Shown here piece by piece: positions 12,843-26,200 of a stretch of 64,000 nucleotides of DNA. The notes below the pieces were generated by a model that saw only the letters and a program-made list of their open reading frames with translations, did no database searches and was not told the DNA's origin. This DNA comes from Podarcis liolepis (taxonomy: Eukaryota), in assembly GCA_965112155.1 (NCBI GenBank), contig OZ218107.1. One strand, 5' to 3'. Each line of letters starts with the position of its first letter. The stretch's first letter is position 1. The position numbers were made by a program, and so were the translations under genes.

Positions 12843-14406
12843 CTATAAGATCCATAGTCCTATATAAACCTTGTTCGTGCTATTAGTGGCATCTACCTGG
12901 TGCCTCCACTATTCTTTCTGCTTTAGCCCCTGCTTATTGCTCATAGAACAGGTGTCTTCATTCAATTCAAGGTAATGCTGCCAAGATGTTTTCTTTTCCC
13001 TTAGAAGTTACAGCTAATTCAAAATCCATCAGTGCGTACAAGGAGTTTAAATTGTTCCTTCCAATGTGTATTACCTTGCACTTGTTCACAGTGAAATTTA
13101 ATCTGCTATCACATTGCCTAATTATCTCATTTGGTTGGGTCTTCTAGAGATCCTAGCAAGCCTTATGCCTGTCTTGTCCTCATGGAATAGCAGCCTTCAG
13201 AATGTCAAGGCTGAAAGATACATTTCAAGAGACCATCTGTGGCCTCTTAAAGGAAATCTTAGCTGATATGAAGGTTAGCCTGCAAAGGACTGGCACTTCA
13301 CTTGTATTTGATACTGCTACACACACCCCAGTTGCAAAGGGGTGAGGTATTTCAGGGTTGTCAGAGTATACCTGAGGTTGGGCTTCCTTAGAAGGAAGGT
13401 CACTGGAAACTGTGGTCTCTATGTGATGCATGTGTCCCACCCTCCCAGTTTTTTTACCTATACACAGGCTGAGCAGAAGATGGAAAGACTCACAGATATC
13501 AGTCCAACATTAGGTTTCTAGAGGACTTCCAAATAACACTGGATTCTCACAGAATCAGGCTCCTCTGTCTTCCCAGATCCAAGTTACCAGTCTGACTATT
13601 CTTTTCTACTTGGAGACCCACACCTTGATGGCATCACCTCCAGACAGGGAAGCAGGCAAGGTCTTAGAACTAGTTGGAGGAAAGTATTATAGTCGAAGAG
13701 TAGCAGAAACTTCTTGATGGTAAAAGCAGTTTGACAACGGAGCCAGTTATCTAGATGGGGTTGTTGGAGGTCCTAAACCTGAAGTCTGAGATACCGTGAC
13801 ATGTATTTTTTTCTTTTTATGTTGTAAACCTGTGAAATTTGGATGAAAGGTGGTATAGAAATAAGAATAAGAATAAGAATAATAGAAGGAACTGCTGAAC
13901 TGGTCAGAACCGTTTCTTTGTCAAGTTGATGGCCAGTTAAGTACCCCCATCTCCATAACTAAAGGGCTGGCCATGTTGCTATAGTGACAACTGGAGATGC
14001 TTCCAGGAGGATAAGGATGGGTGTTTTCCCACTTCACCTGGATGGATGGCATGATATGCTAGGAAGGAGAACAGTAGGCCAGTGGGCTCTAGTCTTTGCT
14101 TGCATTTTAGTTGATGCTGAAAGCTGAAAGGAGACACAGAGAGGCTTGCCTCTACAGGAGGAATCCAAAGCTATGTCTTGTGGTGGGGAGGCTTCCCTGG
14201 AAATCATAGAATCATAGAGTTGGAATAGACCACAAGGGCCATCGAGTCCAACCCCCTGCCAAGCAGGAAACACCATCGGAGCACTCCTGACATATGGTTG
14301 TCAAGCCTCTGCTTAAAGACCTCCAAAGAAGGAGACTCCACCACACTCCTTGGCAGCAAATTCCACTGTCGAACAGCTCTTACTGTCAGGAAGTTCTTCC
14401 TAATGT

Positions 14407-14570
14407 GAGGAGGTCTGGGGAAATAAGCGTAAGGAAGATATGGTATGGAAAATTATTTGTTTTTTAACTGTTTTTATGTTGTACTTTGTACTTTGTTTCT
14501 TTTTATTTTTTTATTTTTTCATTGTTATATTTTTAAAAAACTTTAATAAATATCTTTTGGAAAGAAAAAA
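14407..14570 (+). mobile_element. Short A-tailed retroposon (L1-like 3'UTR fragment) nested in CR1
   Basis: 19-bp TSD aggaagttcttcctaatgt at 14388-14406 and 14571-14589; AATAAA followed by an A-rich end; absent from the second CR1 copy near 57480. Confidence 0.85.
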
Positions 14571-16240
14571 AGGAAGTTCTTCCTAATGTTTAGGTGGAAT
14601 CTTCTTTCTTGTAGTTTGGATCCATTGCTCCGTGTCCGCTTCTCTGGAGCAGCAGAAAACAACCTTTCTCCCTCCTCTATATGACATTCTTTTATATATT
14701 TGAACATGGCTATCATATCACCCCTTAACCTCCTCTTCTCCAGGCTAAACATGCCCAGCTCCCTTAGCCGTTCCTCATAAGGCATCGTTTCCAGGCCTTT
14801 GACCATTTTGGTTGCCCTCCTCTGGACACATTCCAGTTTGTCAATGTCCTTCTTGAACTGTGGTGCCCAGAACTGGACACAGTACTCCAGGTGAGGTCTG
14901 ACCAGAGCAGAATACAGTGGCACTATTACTTCCCTTGATCTAGATGCTATACTCCTATTGATGCAGCCCAGAATTGCATTGGCCTTTTTAGCTGCCGCGT
15001 CACACTGTTGGCTCATGTCAAGTTTGTGGTCAACCAAGACTCCTAGATCCTTTTCACATGTACTGCTCTCAAGCCAGGTGTCACCCATCTTGTATTTGTG
15101 CCTCTCATTTGTTCTGCCCAAGTGCAATACTTTACATTTCTCCCTATTAAAGTTCATCTTGTTTGTTTTGGCCCAGTTCTCTAATCTGTCAAGGTCGTTT
15201 TGAAGTGTGATCCTGTCCTCTGGGGTGTTAGCCACCCCTCCCAGTTTGGTGTCATCTGCAAATTTGATCAGGATGCTCTTGAGTCCATCATCCAAGTCGT
15301 TGATAAAGATGTTGAATAAGACCGGGCCCAAGTCAGAACCCTGTGGCACCCCACTAGTCACTCTTCTCCAGGATGAAGAGGAATCATTGATGAGCACCCT
15401 TTGGGTTTGGTCAGTCAGCCAGTTACAAATCCACTGAGTGGTAGCAAGGTCAAGACCGCATTTTACCAGCTTCTTTACAAGAATATCATGGGGCACCTTG
15501 TCAAATGCCTTGCTGAAATCAAGGTAGGCTACATCCACTGCGTTCCCTTCAACTACCAGGCTTGTAATTCTGTCAAAAAACGAGATCAGGTTAGTCTGAC
15601 ATGACTTATTTTTCAGAAATCCATGCTGACAATTGGTGATCACAGCATTCCTTTCTAGGTGCTCACAGACTGTTTGCTTAATGATCTGCTCCAGAATCTT
15701 CCCTGGTATTGATGTCAGACTGACTGGGTGATAATTATTTGGGTCCTCTCTTTTCCCCTTTTTGAAAATAGGGACATTTGCCCTCCTCCAGTCTGCCGGG
15801 ACTTCACCTGTTCTCCAGGAATTCTCAAAGATGACTGCCAGTGGTTCTGAGATTACATCTGCCAGTTCTTTTAATACTCTTGGATGCAGTTCATCTGGCC
15901 CTGGAGACTTGAATACATCTAAACTAGCCAAGTATTCTTGTACTATCTCCTTAGTTATTCTGGGCTGTGTTTCCTCTGCTGAATCATTTGCTCCAAATTC
16001 TTCAGGTCGGGCATTGTTTTCTTTATCAGAGAAGAATGAGGCAAAGAAGGCATTGAGGAGTTCAGCCCTTTCTGTGTCCCCTGTTTGCATTTCACCATCT
16101 TCTCCTCTGAGTGACCCCACTGTTTCTTTGTTCTTCCTTTTGCTACGGACATACCCATAAAAGCCTTTTTTGTTGCTTTTAACCTCTCTAGCAAGCCTGA
16201 GTTCATTCTGTGCTTTAGCTTTTCTGACTTTGTGTCTACA
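14543..16240 (-). pseudogene. CR1 ORF2 reverse transcriptase region (no endonuclease domain; C-terminus disrupted by an insertion)
   Basis: 597-aa ORF 14543..16336. The first ~32 residues are flanking sequence and the last residues (FFFPKDIY) come from the nested insertion. Confidence 0.9.
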
Positions 16241-17149
16241 TGGACTTTGGAGTGTTAATACTGTGAGCCCTTCCAGCCTATGCTCAGGTTCTGTATGTGT
16301 GTAAGGTACATATCCTAACAACACCACAGTCACCACTGACCTTCATTCCATGGAAACCAACCCCTGGAGCCTCTCACTGCTTGAAGATTGGGGTGTGCAC
16401 AATAATAATATGAAAATTTATTATTATGCCACTGATTCATTTGAGCATGTTTAGGACCACCACAGTCTTTCTAATAGTTTAGGCCTGTGATCAAATTGTT
16501 GCATTGCCTTCAGTCGTGTGCAAGCGAGTTCTACTGAGTTTAAACTCAGGCAGATTACGTTAATCAGCTGGAGTCTTTTAAAATTTATTTCTCTCTCTTC
16601 CTGTGTGAAGCGTCTTACTGTGTATAATCTAATGTGCAGCTATGTTTGAAAAGATTTCGATAGTCCTTCAAGGAAAACCACAAAATATAATAAATATGAT
16701 AAAATAGTTTCTAATGGGTTGTTCTAAGGAAAATTGCAACTAAATTATGAGTAGTTATTTCTTTGAAGTGCCTTTATAATAGGATGTCAAATCAGTCAAG
16801 GTCATATAGGTAAGAATAAAGGGTTTAGGTCACAATTACAAGGTAGGGGACTGTTGTTTGCAGAACAGCAACCCCGGAAAAGATTTGGGGATCATGAACT
16901 CTCATTTACTGCTCCAGCAAGGAAAGTTACCATCAGCACTGAACATACAAGCAGGAAAGAGGTGCCTGCCCAGCACATGCAGTTCTCTAAGTGTCCCTGT
17001 CATAACTTCAAAACCAAAGTGGAAAATCTTGCAAGAATAGATCTGGAAGCAAACTAGATGCGACGACCAAAGCTCCATCTAGTCTAGCATTGTCTTTCCA
17101 ATGGGCAGGGTGGGAAAGGAAATTAACCCTCTCACACTGTTCACCCCCA

Positions 17150-17265
17150 CTGTGATTTTACTGTATTTTTGGTTTTATGGAAGCCGCCCAGAGTGGCTGG
17201 GGAGGCCCAGCCAGATGGGCGGGGTATAAATAATAAATTATTATTATTATAATTATTATTATTAT
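17150..17265 (+). mobile_element. L2-type 3' tail with (TAA/TTA)n end
   Basis: 'ggaagccgcccagagtggctgggga..cccagccagatgggcggggtataaataataaa'; a reverse-oriented copy lies at about 33820-33880. Confidence 0.7.
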
Positions 17266-20200
17266 AAGCATCAGATCTGTTCAACAATCATTGAAAAATG
17301 GAGCAAGCTCCACTTCAGGGTTCTAGCCAGCAGCCAGCCATGTCCTCTCCCAAGGTACCTTATTCTATTCCATTCCCCTTCCTCCAAATTCCTCTTCCAC
17401 CCTCAACAGTTAGGCAGGCTTCCATACCCACTGTGCTCATTGCACTGTGCTGGGTACCCATCCCCTTATGGCTTTTTCTCAAAAGACTTTTTTTGTCCTT
17501 TGGCAAAACTTGGGGTATCCCCAGGCTTGTCAACATCTCCCCCTTGGGCATAGATGGTGCCAATTTGTCTACATAATGATGAACACTTGGATAATGAGTT
17601 TGCTATTAGTATACAGCTGGGATTGGGGAACCTCTGGCTTTCTGGATCTTCTTGATTCCAACTGTCATCAGCACCAGCCAGAATTTGGCCAATGATGTAG
17701 TCCAGCAACATTTGGAAGGCCACAGGTCCCCCAACCCTGATATATAGAAAATAGACCTTTCCATTAGAGGGCCAATAAATGTTTGGGGAAAGCTCTGGAA
17801 GATGGAAGGACTGCCTTCACGGGACATATTTTTAGTCACTTTGAGCTAATTCACAAGACCGAAAGTCTTACTGGTGTGTAGAATGCAAGTATAATCTGGC
17901 TGTGCGGTGAAACAATAGCCATGCGGCCAAACCAATTTTTTAGCCCACAGCTATGGATGTGGGGAATGTTGCTACCTGATCATCACCCACCGCTGCCCCC
18001 AGATGTTGCCTGTTGTAAGGATTTTTGGGATAATGTATGGGAAGTTCATTGCATGTATTAATGGTAAATAACAAGTATTACCATTTCTCCCGAATGTAAC
18101 AGCACAGTTAAAAGAGAACTAAGCCTTGGAGAAATATGTAGTATTTACCAGAGCACTTCTATAAAAGCCACCTGCTGTTCTTTTTGTCTCTCTCTGCAAT
18201 TTCTTGTGTCTTTAGCTGCTTATCTTGCTTTTTGTTCCTGGGATATAGTTCCTGCTCATATTTGTCATGACAATGGCAAAGCTCAGTAGGTTACATGCAA
18301 CTAGCTAACTCCTATCAGTAGTTATTTTAGGTACTTTAAATATGGTTTTTTTCTCCCCTACAAGTTTTTATAAAGTGATGCCCCCACTCTTTGGTTGTGC
18401 GCAGTTGCAAAAATGAAATGATCACAGCCATTTCCATTTTTAGCTTTTGCTCCCTCTTGGAAACACAGTTTCCTGCCCCAGGAGGCTCCCTGTCCTCTCA
18501 GTCATTTACACCTGTACAGAACAAATTCAAAACCACCTCTTCATTTCTTTTCCCAGCCTCTTGGAGCTATATTTAATATTGCAAAATGCCACCTGCAATA
18601 GCAGTAAATGGCAGAGAATATGGCTAGAGGACAGTACCGGTCAATTTACTGCCTCTCACCCAGTAGCTAAGTTTGTACAGAATAGATATCCGTAATTCTT
18701 ATCCTTGCTGCATTTTCATTAAAGCTGAAAACTTTCATCAGCAGATCACCCACCAACCAGAAGTGACTCTTCAGGTGGGGCACCGCTGCAGCGCTAACCT
18801 CACAGCGGTGGCATGCTGCCACGTACCAAGAGGGAGAGTGGCAGGGGGCAGCGGGAGGGATAAGGCAGCAGGGAGGTCAGTGCAGTGTGGGCACACCACT
18901 GGAGTCAATTCAGCACTCATCCATGCTCCTGCACCTTGCCAAATTCCCCATCACCTCGCTTCTCTCCCTCCCAATAAGTGAGCTGCTTCTGCCATCAACT
19001 GAAGCATTAGTTGGTTAATTGACAAGGGCTTGGAGAAAACTTGAAAGATTTGCTTCTCTTGTTTTAAAGGTTTGCTTCTCTTCAGGAAATCATGGCTTAG
19101 AAAAATCAGGATGTTTTCCACAGGCTTACCACTTCTGGGGTTCTTTCTGCATTCTCTTTCCTTCCTTTTCCAGAACCATTTAAAGCACATACAAAAAAGA
19201 GGAATAATCAAAGTGTCTCTCTGTGGAGGCTCTGTAACATTCTACGTTGTGTTAACAAAACTAAAAGGAAATTCATCAGGAAACAACCTGCTGTTTCCAC
19301 TCAGGAGAGGAACACGAGAAAATAGGAATGGAGTTAAAGGAGTTAAGCTGTTTTGTCACTTCAAATACAACTTCCTTCTGTGTAGTTTTTAACTGCAGTT
19401 TTCAAATCTTTCAATCAACTTTGCATGTTTTCAGGAAGAGCCTTGCACATTTCCCTGCTGATATCCTTGCATGTATGCATATAAGGGGTTTGCATCGGCT
19501 CTGTCTGTACCCCAACCTACAAGGCAAATAGTGGTGATGGGGGAAGGTTCTCCTCACATTTCTGAGTTGGTTTGCATTGTTAACAAGACATCTTGAGGTG
19601 TACCAGGGTCTCCCTATGTTTTTGAGTTGCTCTGTGTCTTCAGGTGCCCAAAAAGTGCGTGACCATTTTTAATCCCTGAGAAATGAAACCAAGATGAGTG
19701 GGGAAATGCCCAGAGCTCAAGACAGGAGGGGACAGAGGTACAGAATATTTCACTTTCATTCAGAGGTTCAGGTCTACCATTTATTCATGGTGGATTATCT
19801 TTCCAGGGCTCTCCAAACAGAGTGATTTGCTTGTTTTGCATGTGGATCCCTGTCTTCCCCTATTGCAAGTCAGTGAAACTGTTCAGGAAACAGCTGATTG
19901 TTTCCTGAAAAACATGTGGGAGCGGGAGTCCACCAGACCCTCAGTTTCTTTCTGTGTCTACACGTTGCCCAGTCAAAACACACATTGGCAAACACAGAAT
20001 ATCAGAAAGGATCCATAAGCCTCTAGCCCTCTCCTGTAAAAATGGACCCTTCAAAGACTGCCTTGGATTTTCTATTTCTCTGGCAGAGAAGAGGTCCATG
20101 CAATATCACACAATGGTGTAGACTACACAAAACACACATATTAGGATATCTGCCAATACAGAGCTGTTCACTTTCCTGCCTGATTTCTACAAATGCAAGT

Positions 20201-21194
20201 AGACCCAACCTTGGCATTTTTTTCTGTGTCCATTCACCCTGCACCTTCTGCTGATCTCTTGGTACTTATTTTCCAGGTAGCTTTCACACTAGGCATCATG
20301 GTATAATTTTCGGCAATGCAAGACCTTTTGTAACACCTTGACTCTCTTGTTCAAATTGCCATTCCACTGCTCCTAACATGTCCTCCTGTTCCCTTCTCTT
20401 CTATTCTTCCAGATAATAATAATACAAAAAGGTGTGGGGGACACACAGCAGATTTCTGCCTTCTGGGTCAACTCTGTAGCTGGTATGTATTGTGCCTTGG
20501 TTCTGCTAATAGCTAGGGTGGATATAAATCACACACACATATGTGTTTCAAAACTTGGAAACATAAAATGCCTACCGTCAGTGCACACCACAGAATATTA
20601 TAGGAGAGGGATAAGGAGACGACCTCTGGCTGTAGCAAACCCAAGCCCTTAAAATCAGGGGTAATTTGGTGGCAGCAAAAAGCCTAATTTATTTTATACC
20701 CTCCATTGAAAAGAGTAAAATTGCATTGCACAGCTGGCTGAGCCGTCAGGGACTTGAGGCTGCCACACATGCAATCCACACTGTATTAGAATAAAAATGA
20801 AAAGCTTCTTTTTCTCCCCAGGTTAAGAATATAGCTCCACAAAGAATGTGCCAAGGAGTGAGCTATATCCTCAGCTGCTGTCAGCAGCACACAGGCATTA
20901 CTGACCCAGAGTAACTGGTGTGTGTGGTTGGGGGGGGGGGAGATCTTCACAATAGAAAAAAAAGGATGACCAATGTGTGTCTTCTTCTGCACTGGAGGCA
21001 ATTTTTCCAAGGCTGGGTGCTTAATCCGTAGAGTGTGGACTATGGAAAATGAGGTTTGTACACAGTCCAGGATGCACACTGAAGAGGCAATGGCCAAAAG
21101 TGATTCCTAAGACTTTCCTATAAGCATGTAGCTGGACTAAAATTAATAATGCCAGTGCTCCTGATCTTGACCAGGTACAAACCACCACATGGAG

Positions 21195-21197
<3 letters not shown>

Positions 21198-21242
<45 letters not shown>
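21198..21242. repeat. (GA)n microsatellite
   Basis: Read directly from the sequence. Confidence 0.98.
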
Positions 21243-21246
<4 letters not shown>

Positions 21247-21329
21247 ATGTTTCTTCTGTCTTGAAGAAGAACTACACCTCAGTAGCTTCTTTCTTTGGAT
21301 TTCTTCTGTAGAAAGAAAGAAAAAGGATT

Positions 21330-21655
21330 CATAAATGTTCAAGCCGGCAAGAATAGGACTGAGGGACACTCCTTTGCAGTGGGAAATGATCCAAGAAGAT
21401 GATGGGGGACTCTTCTTGGTGATGGGGCCCTTCGGGGATTGACTCTGTCCCCCAAGTTATTCATGAAGCCACTAGAAGAGGTCATCCAAGGTTTTGGAAT
21501 GTGCTGTCATTAATATGGGGATGACACAGCCTATTTCTATTTTTCATCAAATGCCAGTGAAGTTGTTGGGATGGTTGGCAGCAATGAGCTGCCAATGAGG
21601 GCCAATAATCCGAATATCAGTCCAGACCATACAGATGTGCTCCTGATCAGGAGGA
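21330..21655 (+). mobile_element. Degenerate L2 reverse-transcriptase fragment
   Basis: Translates as EEVIQGFGMCCH*YGDDT, a decayed YADD region. Confidence 0.55.
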
Positions 21656-22183
21656 AGAAAAAGAGTGGATAGATTCATTGTGCTTGCCCTGTTTTTGTGC
21701 TGCTTTTAAAGGGAAAATCCTTAAAAATCCACCTGGATACACAATAGTTTTAAGTAAAAATAGGAAAGCACTTACAAGGTGGTTTGCAGTGCTGCTTCTG
21801 TTTCAGAAAAAGCTCTTTTTTGCCTTTTAAAAACTTCATAGTCAGGTTATCCAGCTGCCCACAGGCTGGAGAAACTGGTGTGGGACATGCAGGGCACCAC
21901 TTGCTTTGAACGCTAGGAGTCTCCTGGGAGCAACAGGACTTGAAAAATATGTTCCTTCACTCCCAGGGAGAATTGTCCCCTATGTAAAAACTGGGGGCAA
22001 CCATGGGTTGCATTTTTTTTTTGTACAGTTCCCCCTGAGAGCAACAGAATGTCAAGAAAACCTTGCTGCTCCAAGAATTTTGCAATACTGAATTCAAAAT
22101 GTTGCAGCAATGAACTGGATATGTGGCTGGATGACCTGTTTTTTCATTTTGTTTACATAGCAAGAAGAAGCATTTACTAGAAC

Positions 22184-22579
22184 CAGTGGCGTGCAGTGAA
22201 ATTTTTCATAGGAAAACAGTTAGGGCCAGGGGCGCCAGCTTCTAAGGGTGATGGGGGCAGGGATGGACGATGTTATGTTGCAACAGCCCGATGTTATACG
22301 TGTGAGCATTGTGCCTCCCTCCTTCAGCTGGGCAGAAGCTTCCCAGGCTTTGGGAAGGAAGCCCCAGTCCTCTGTCTCCTTCCCAAGGCCTCAAAGAGCT
22401 TTGAACCCTGGAGGGCTCTTGAACCCTGTCAGAGAATCCCGCCTCCCTCCTTAAGCCAGGCAAAAGCTTCCCACTCTTTGGGGAGGAGGCACCAGGATTT
22501 AATACTTTAATACTCTACTTTACTGAGAACATTTATGGGACCAGCCTAGTCCCCCATGTCCACTGGCTGCATGCCACCC
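22184..22579. mobile_element. hAT MITE
   Basis: TIR CAGTGGCGTGCAG / CTGCATGCCACCC; 8-bp TSD actagaac at 22176-22183 and 22580-22587. Confidence 0.75.
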
Positions 22580-22739
22580 ACTAGAACAATGTTGCCATCC
22601 TCCGACTGCCTCCTAAAGGGATCCTGCAGATTCTGAGCTGGATACATGATCTGATCTGCATTATCACCTGGACCCACCAGGTGAGTCCACATCAGATTCA
22701 GGTTCCATAGATTCCACACCCATCCCTACTCCGGAATAG

Positions 22740-23330
22740 GATTTAACCTGCTTTGGTCAGGGTTGTACTCTCCTTGAAAAATCAGGTTCCAAAAACTGTG
22801 CTCCAAGATACAGTTTTATGTCTGAAGGGTGTGGTGGCAGAAGTGGCCAGGATTGCCTTAGGTTGATGTGCCAGCTGCAGCTGTTCCTGAGGAAATGAAA
22901 CCTGGCCATGCTAACACATAGCTTAGTAAGCTCAAGACTTCTTTACTGCAGTGTCCTCTACATTTGGTTACTTTTGAGGAGTATTTAGAAGCTTCTGTTG
23001 GTCCAGAATGGAACAGGAAAGATGTTAGTGGGTGTGGGATTATGTTACAAGTATACTGCGGTGTCTGAACTAGCTGCCGATTTGCTTCTGGGCACAATTC
23101 TGAGTGTTGGTGATCACCTTTAAAATCCTGAAAGGCTTGGCCCAGGGAATACCTCATTCCCATTCTATTCACTCCCTAAAATCAGAAGTCCCATTCTATG
23201 TTCTACCCAAGATGGAGGCACAGTTGATAACAACAAGAGATAGGGCCTTTTCTGTGGTTGCACCAATATTGTAGAATAACTTGCCACATGAAGCATGGGT
23301 GGGCCACACCCTGGCTGTCTTTTATCCGTT
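22740..23330 (+). mobile_element. Degenerate L2 ORF2 3' part, probably the same insertion as 21330-21655
   Basis: Decayed sequence resembling SLVSSRL..C..LY.G......KL.LVQN, and the 'gggccttttctgtggttgcacc' L2 end motif. Confidence 0.65.
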
Positions 23331-26124
23331 GGCAGCAACATTTTTATTGTTGTTTTTTTTTACTTCGGCAAGCCTTTGCTTGCTCAGGACATGTTTATTT
23401 GTTATTGTTTTAAAATATTGTGCACTTTATTTGCCTTTTATGTATTTTTATTGTTACTTTGCTGCATTCTGCATATTTGCACTGTAGTGTGATTGCAAAC
23501 CTTTCAGAGCTGCTCTGTCTGATGCATGGGAACTAGAAGGGCAGGACTGACATTCCCCCCCCCCAAAAAAAAGTAAATCGATAAATAAAGCTCTACCCTT
23601 AGGAAGTAACCAGCCTGAGTTCCACACGGAGCTGTGCAAATGCTTGTCCCTGTGCCATTCATTCTTCCGCCACCTAGGAAAACCTGATTCCACCTTCTGC
23701 TGTTCTTGCAAGTATTTAGGGCTGGGCATTCAGAGTCACCAGACAGGGAGCGGGGGATCTCTGTGGAGAGCTTGTTGTGCTGTTGGTCTGCAGGTTCCCT
23801 TAGTGGACCCCCACCCTGTATGGGAAATGCATCCAGAAGACAAAAATGTATTGAGAAGTTAGTGGTCTGACACGGTTACCCTTCCTGCTTCTGTTCCTTC
23901 CCCCTCCCTCTCTCTTGTTAAGTTTTTTGATGTTGCGAGAACAGTCTTTAATGTCCTGAGAACTTCGGGAGGAGGTGAACCTTAATCAGTTGTGGAGGAT
24001 AATGTTGGGTACCTTCTTTGATGCTGGGCATGTTTTGAGAAAGTGAGGTCTTGGAAGGCGGTGGCTAATGGACGATCTGCACGTAACCAGTCTTGGAAGC
24101 CACACAGGCTATCTATAAAATTGGACGGTTTGGGCAGAGTTTCTTTGAAGCTTGTGCATGGACTGATTGGCTGCAGGGCCGTGCAAACTGAGGCTACCTG
24201 GGGGAGTCTCTTTGCCTCTTCTTGAGGGCTTCCAAGTGGCAGATTGAAGTGCTTGCTTGCTTTGTATACGTTGCTTGCTGTCTTGGAACAGAATCTTTAA
24301 TCTTCTCACTCGTGTATTTTGCATTACTTCTGAATCTCATTTTAAAAGAACCACCTTGCCTTGGGCAAGACACGCCCCCACCACAGAAACTTGGGCCAGA
24401 ATCCCCACACTTGAGGCTTTCATTTGGAACAGACTACACAGCGTCATATGCTCATTATGAGACAGCCACATCAGACTTGGGATTTTTTTTATTGGAATTA
24501 ACTGACGACCTTACAGAGCCAGAGCTCTCCACCCACGCAATTCTATCAGCAGGATAAGTGTGAATCACGTCCCAAATGAGAGAAGCAGTGCACCAAAGGA
24601 TAACTATCCTGCATTAAAATACACTCTGAGCAGATGAATCCATGAAAGATGCTGATATTATAAGTGAGCACTATTCTGGGCATCATCAGGTGTCACTAAT
24701 CAGGCTGCTGGTATGCTTAGAAATGCCTTAGCAATATATATGCTTTGAGATCTGTTCTGTCCAGTTTACCAGTCAATCCCTAAAAGCTGTTAACTAATAT
24801 GCCTTTCACAACATGGCCTGGAAGGCTGCTCCTCATTTAAGACAGCTAAGAAAGAGGGACGGGCAAAAATTGTTTTTGCAGCTTAAGGCAGCACCTTATC
24901 CAGGCAGCTATGCAGGAACACTGATAGTGACAGCTCAGAGCTACCAGCTATGTGTGGCATCACTTGGGAATACATCAAAGGTCTGTCAATTCCAGAACTA
25001 CAAGCTGTCACTCATTCTTTGGAAATGTGAAAAACGCCCATGAGAAATTTCTTTCTTTTTATTAAAAATATTATTATTGTTATTATTTTTACTCCCCTCA
25101 AAATTCCTCAGAAGTTCCATCCAGACATTTGCCTTGTAATTCATTGGAGAAATTTGGTGCCATGTGCAAAGAAACCTTGATGCTCCAATTTATGTGTTTA
25201 TTTATTTTAGCGAGCCTTTGCAAAACTTATTTTTGCTTTCCTAAAAATTCCTTAGATAGTTTGCCATAACAATGCAGCTCAAACTTTGCTTCAGATGCAC
25301 CCCCCCAAAAAAAAAGCATAGGAAAGAGATTGCAAAGCCCACTAATAAATATTTATAGGTAAATGGATTCTGGGAAGAACTGAAGCTGCCTTAGACCAAA
25401 TCAGACCACTGATACACCTAGCTCCGTCAGCATTGCCAGTGATTGGCAGTGACTCTCCAGGGTTCCAGATAGGATCCTTTCCCAGTCTTTACTTCAACAT
25501 TCAAGCTATTGAATCCAAGGCCCTTGGCATGCAAAATGTGTGCTTTGCTGTTGAGCTGTGGCCTTTCTCTTCTGAACTTATCCTCTTATGTGCATAAAGA
25601 ACTGGAAAAGGACAGGAGACCTTCTTCTAGAAAATGCTGGTACAGGCATTCAGGCATTCAATATTGTCCAGCCTTTGGCATCTTGATGCCCTCCAGATTT
25701 TTTGGACTACAACTCTAGATGTTTTGGTGCTGGTGAGATTTGGAGTCTGAAGTATCTGGAGGGTACCAGGTTGACCTAATAAAATATATCCAGTGGCAGG
25801 ATTCCCCAGACCCAGGAGAGCTGGCCTTCTGCACTCAATTGTCTTTGGTGTGTGAAGCCTTGCCATGAAGGCCGGCCGACATGGGATGTTTGTTATGTAC
25901 ACTGTGACCTTGGACAGGGGAGTATTAATGCACTGGTTTTCTCTTCTTGGGACTCCCTGGCCTCTGGCAAGCTGGGTAGAACTGGGTGGCTTCTTGGGCT
26001 GAAGGTGAGGGGCACATAAGCAAACCATCGTTCTCCTTTTTGATCCACAGGACATACTGAAATCAACAGGGGAGGGGAGGACAAGCTGCTGAAAATGCAC
26101 ACTATGCAAGTATCGGATAAGATA

Positions 26125-26200
26125 AGGTTGCAATCCTATATACACTTATCTGGGAATAAGTTCTATTGAACTCAATGGACCTTAGTTCTAAGTAGACATG
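26125..26200. repeat. About 80-bp palindromic mini-element (gcaatcctat...ttgaactcaatgg...)
   Basis: Family members at about 34775-34860, 34920-35008, 36740-36825 and 37688-37760. Confidence 0.6.

Larger units (their letters stand above)
14202..16240 (-). mobile_element. Young 5'-truncated CR1 LINE
   Basis: (ATTCTATG)n tail; ORF with [40 protein letters not shown] and [11 protein letters not shown]. Confidence 0.97.

Noticed and set aside
14958-16160. Several plus-strand ORFs (also 57290-58153)
   Set aside because: Antisense or alternative frames of CR1 ORF2.
25627-26145. 172-aa minus-strand ORF
   Set aside because: Crosses MITE fragments and has no recognisable domain; likely chance.
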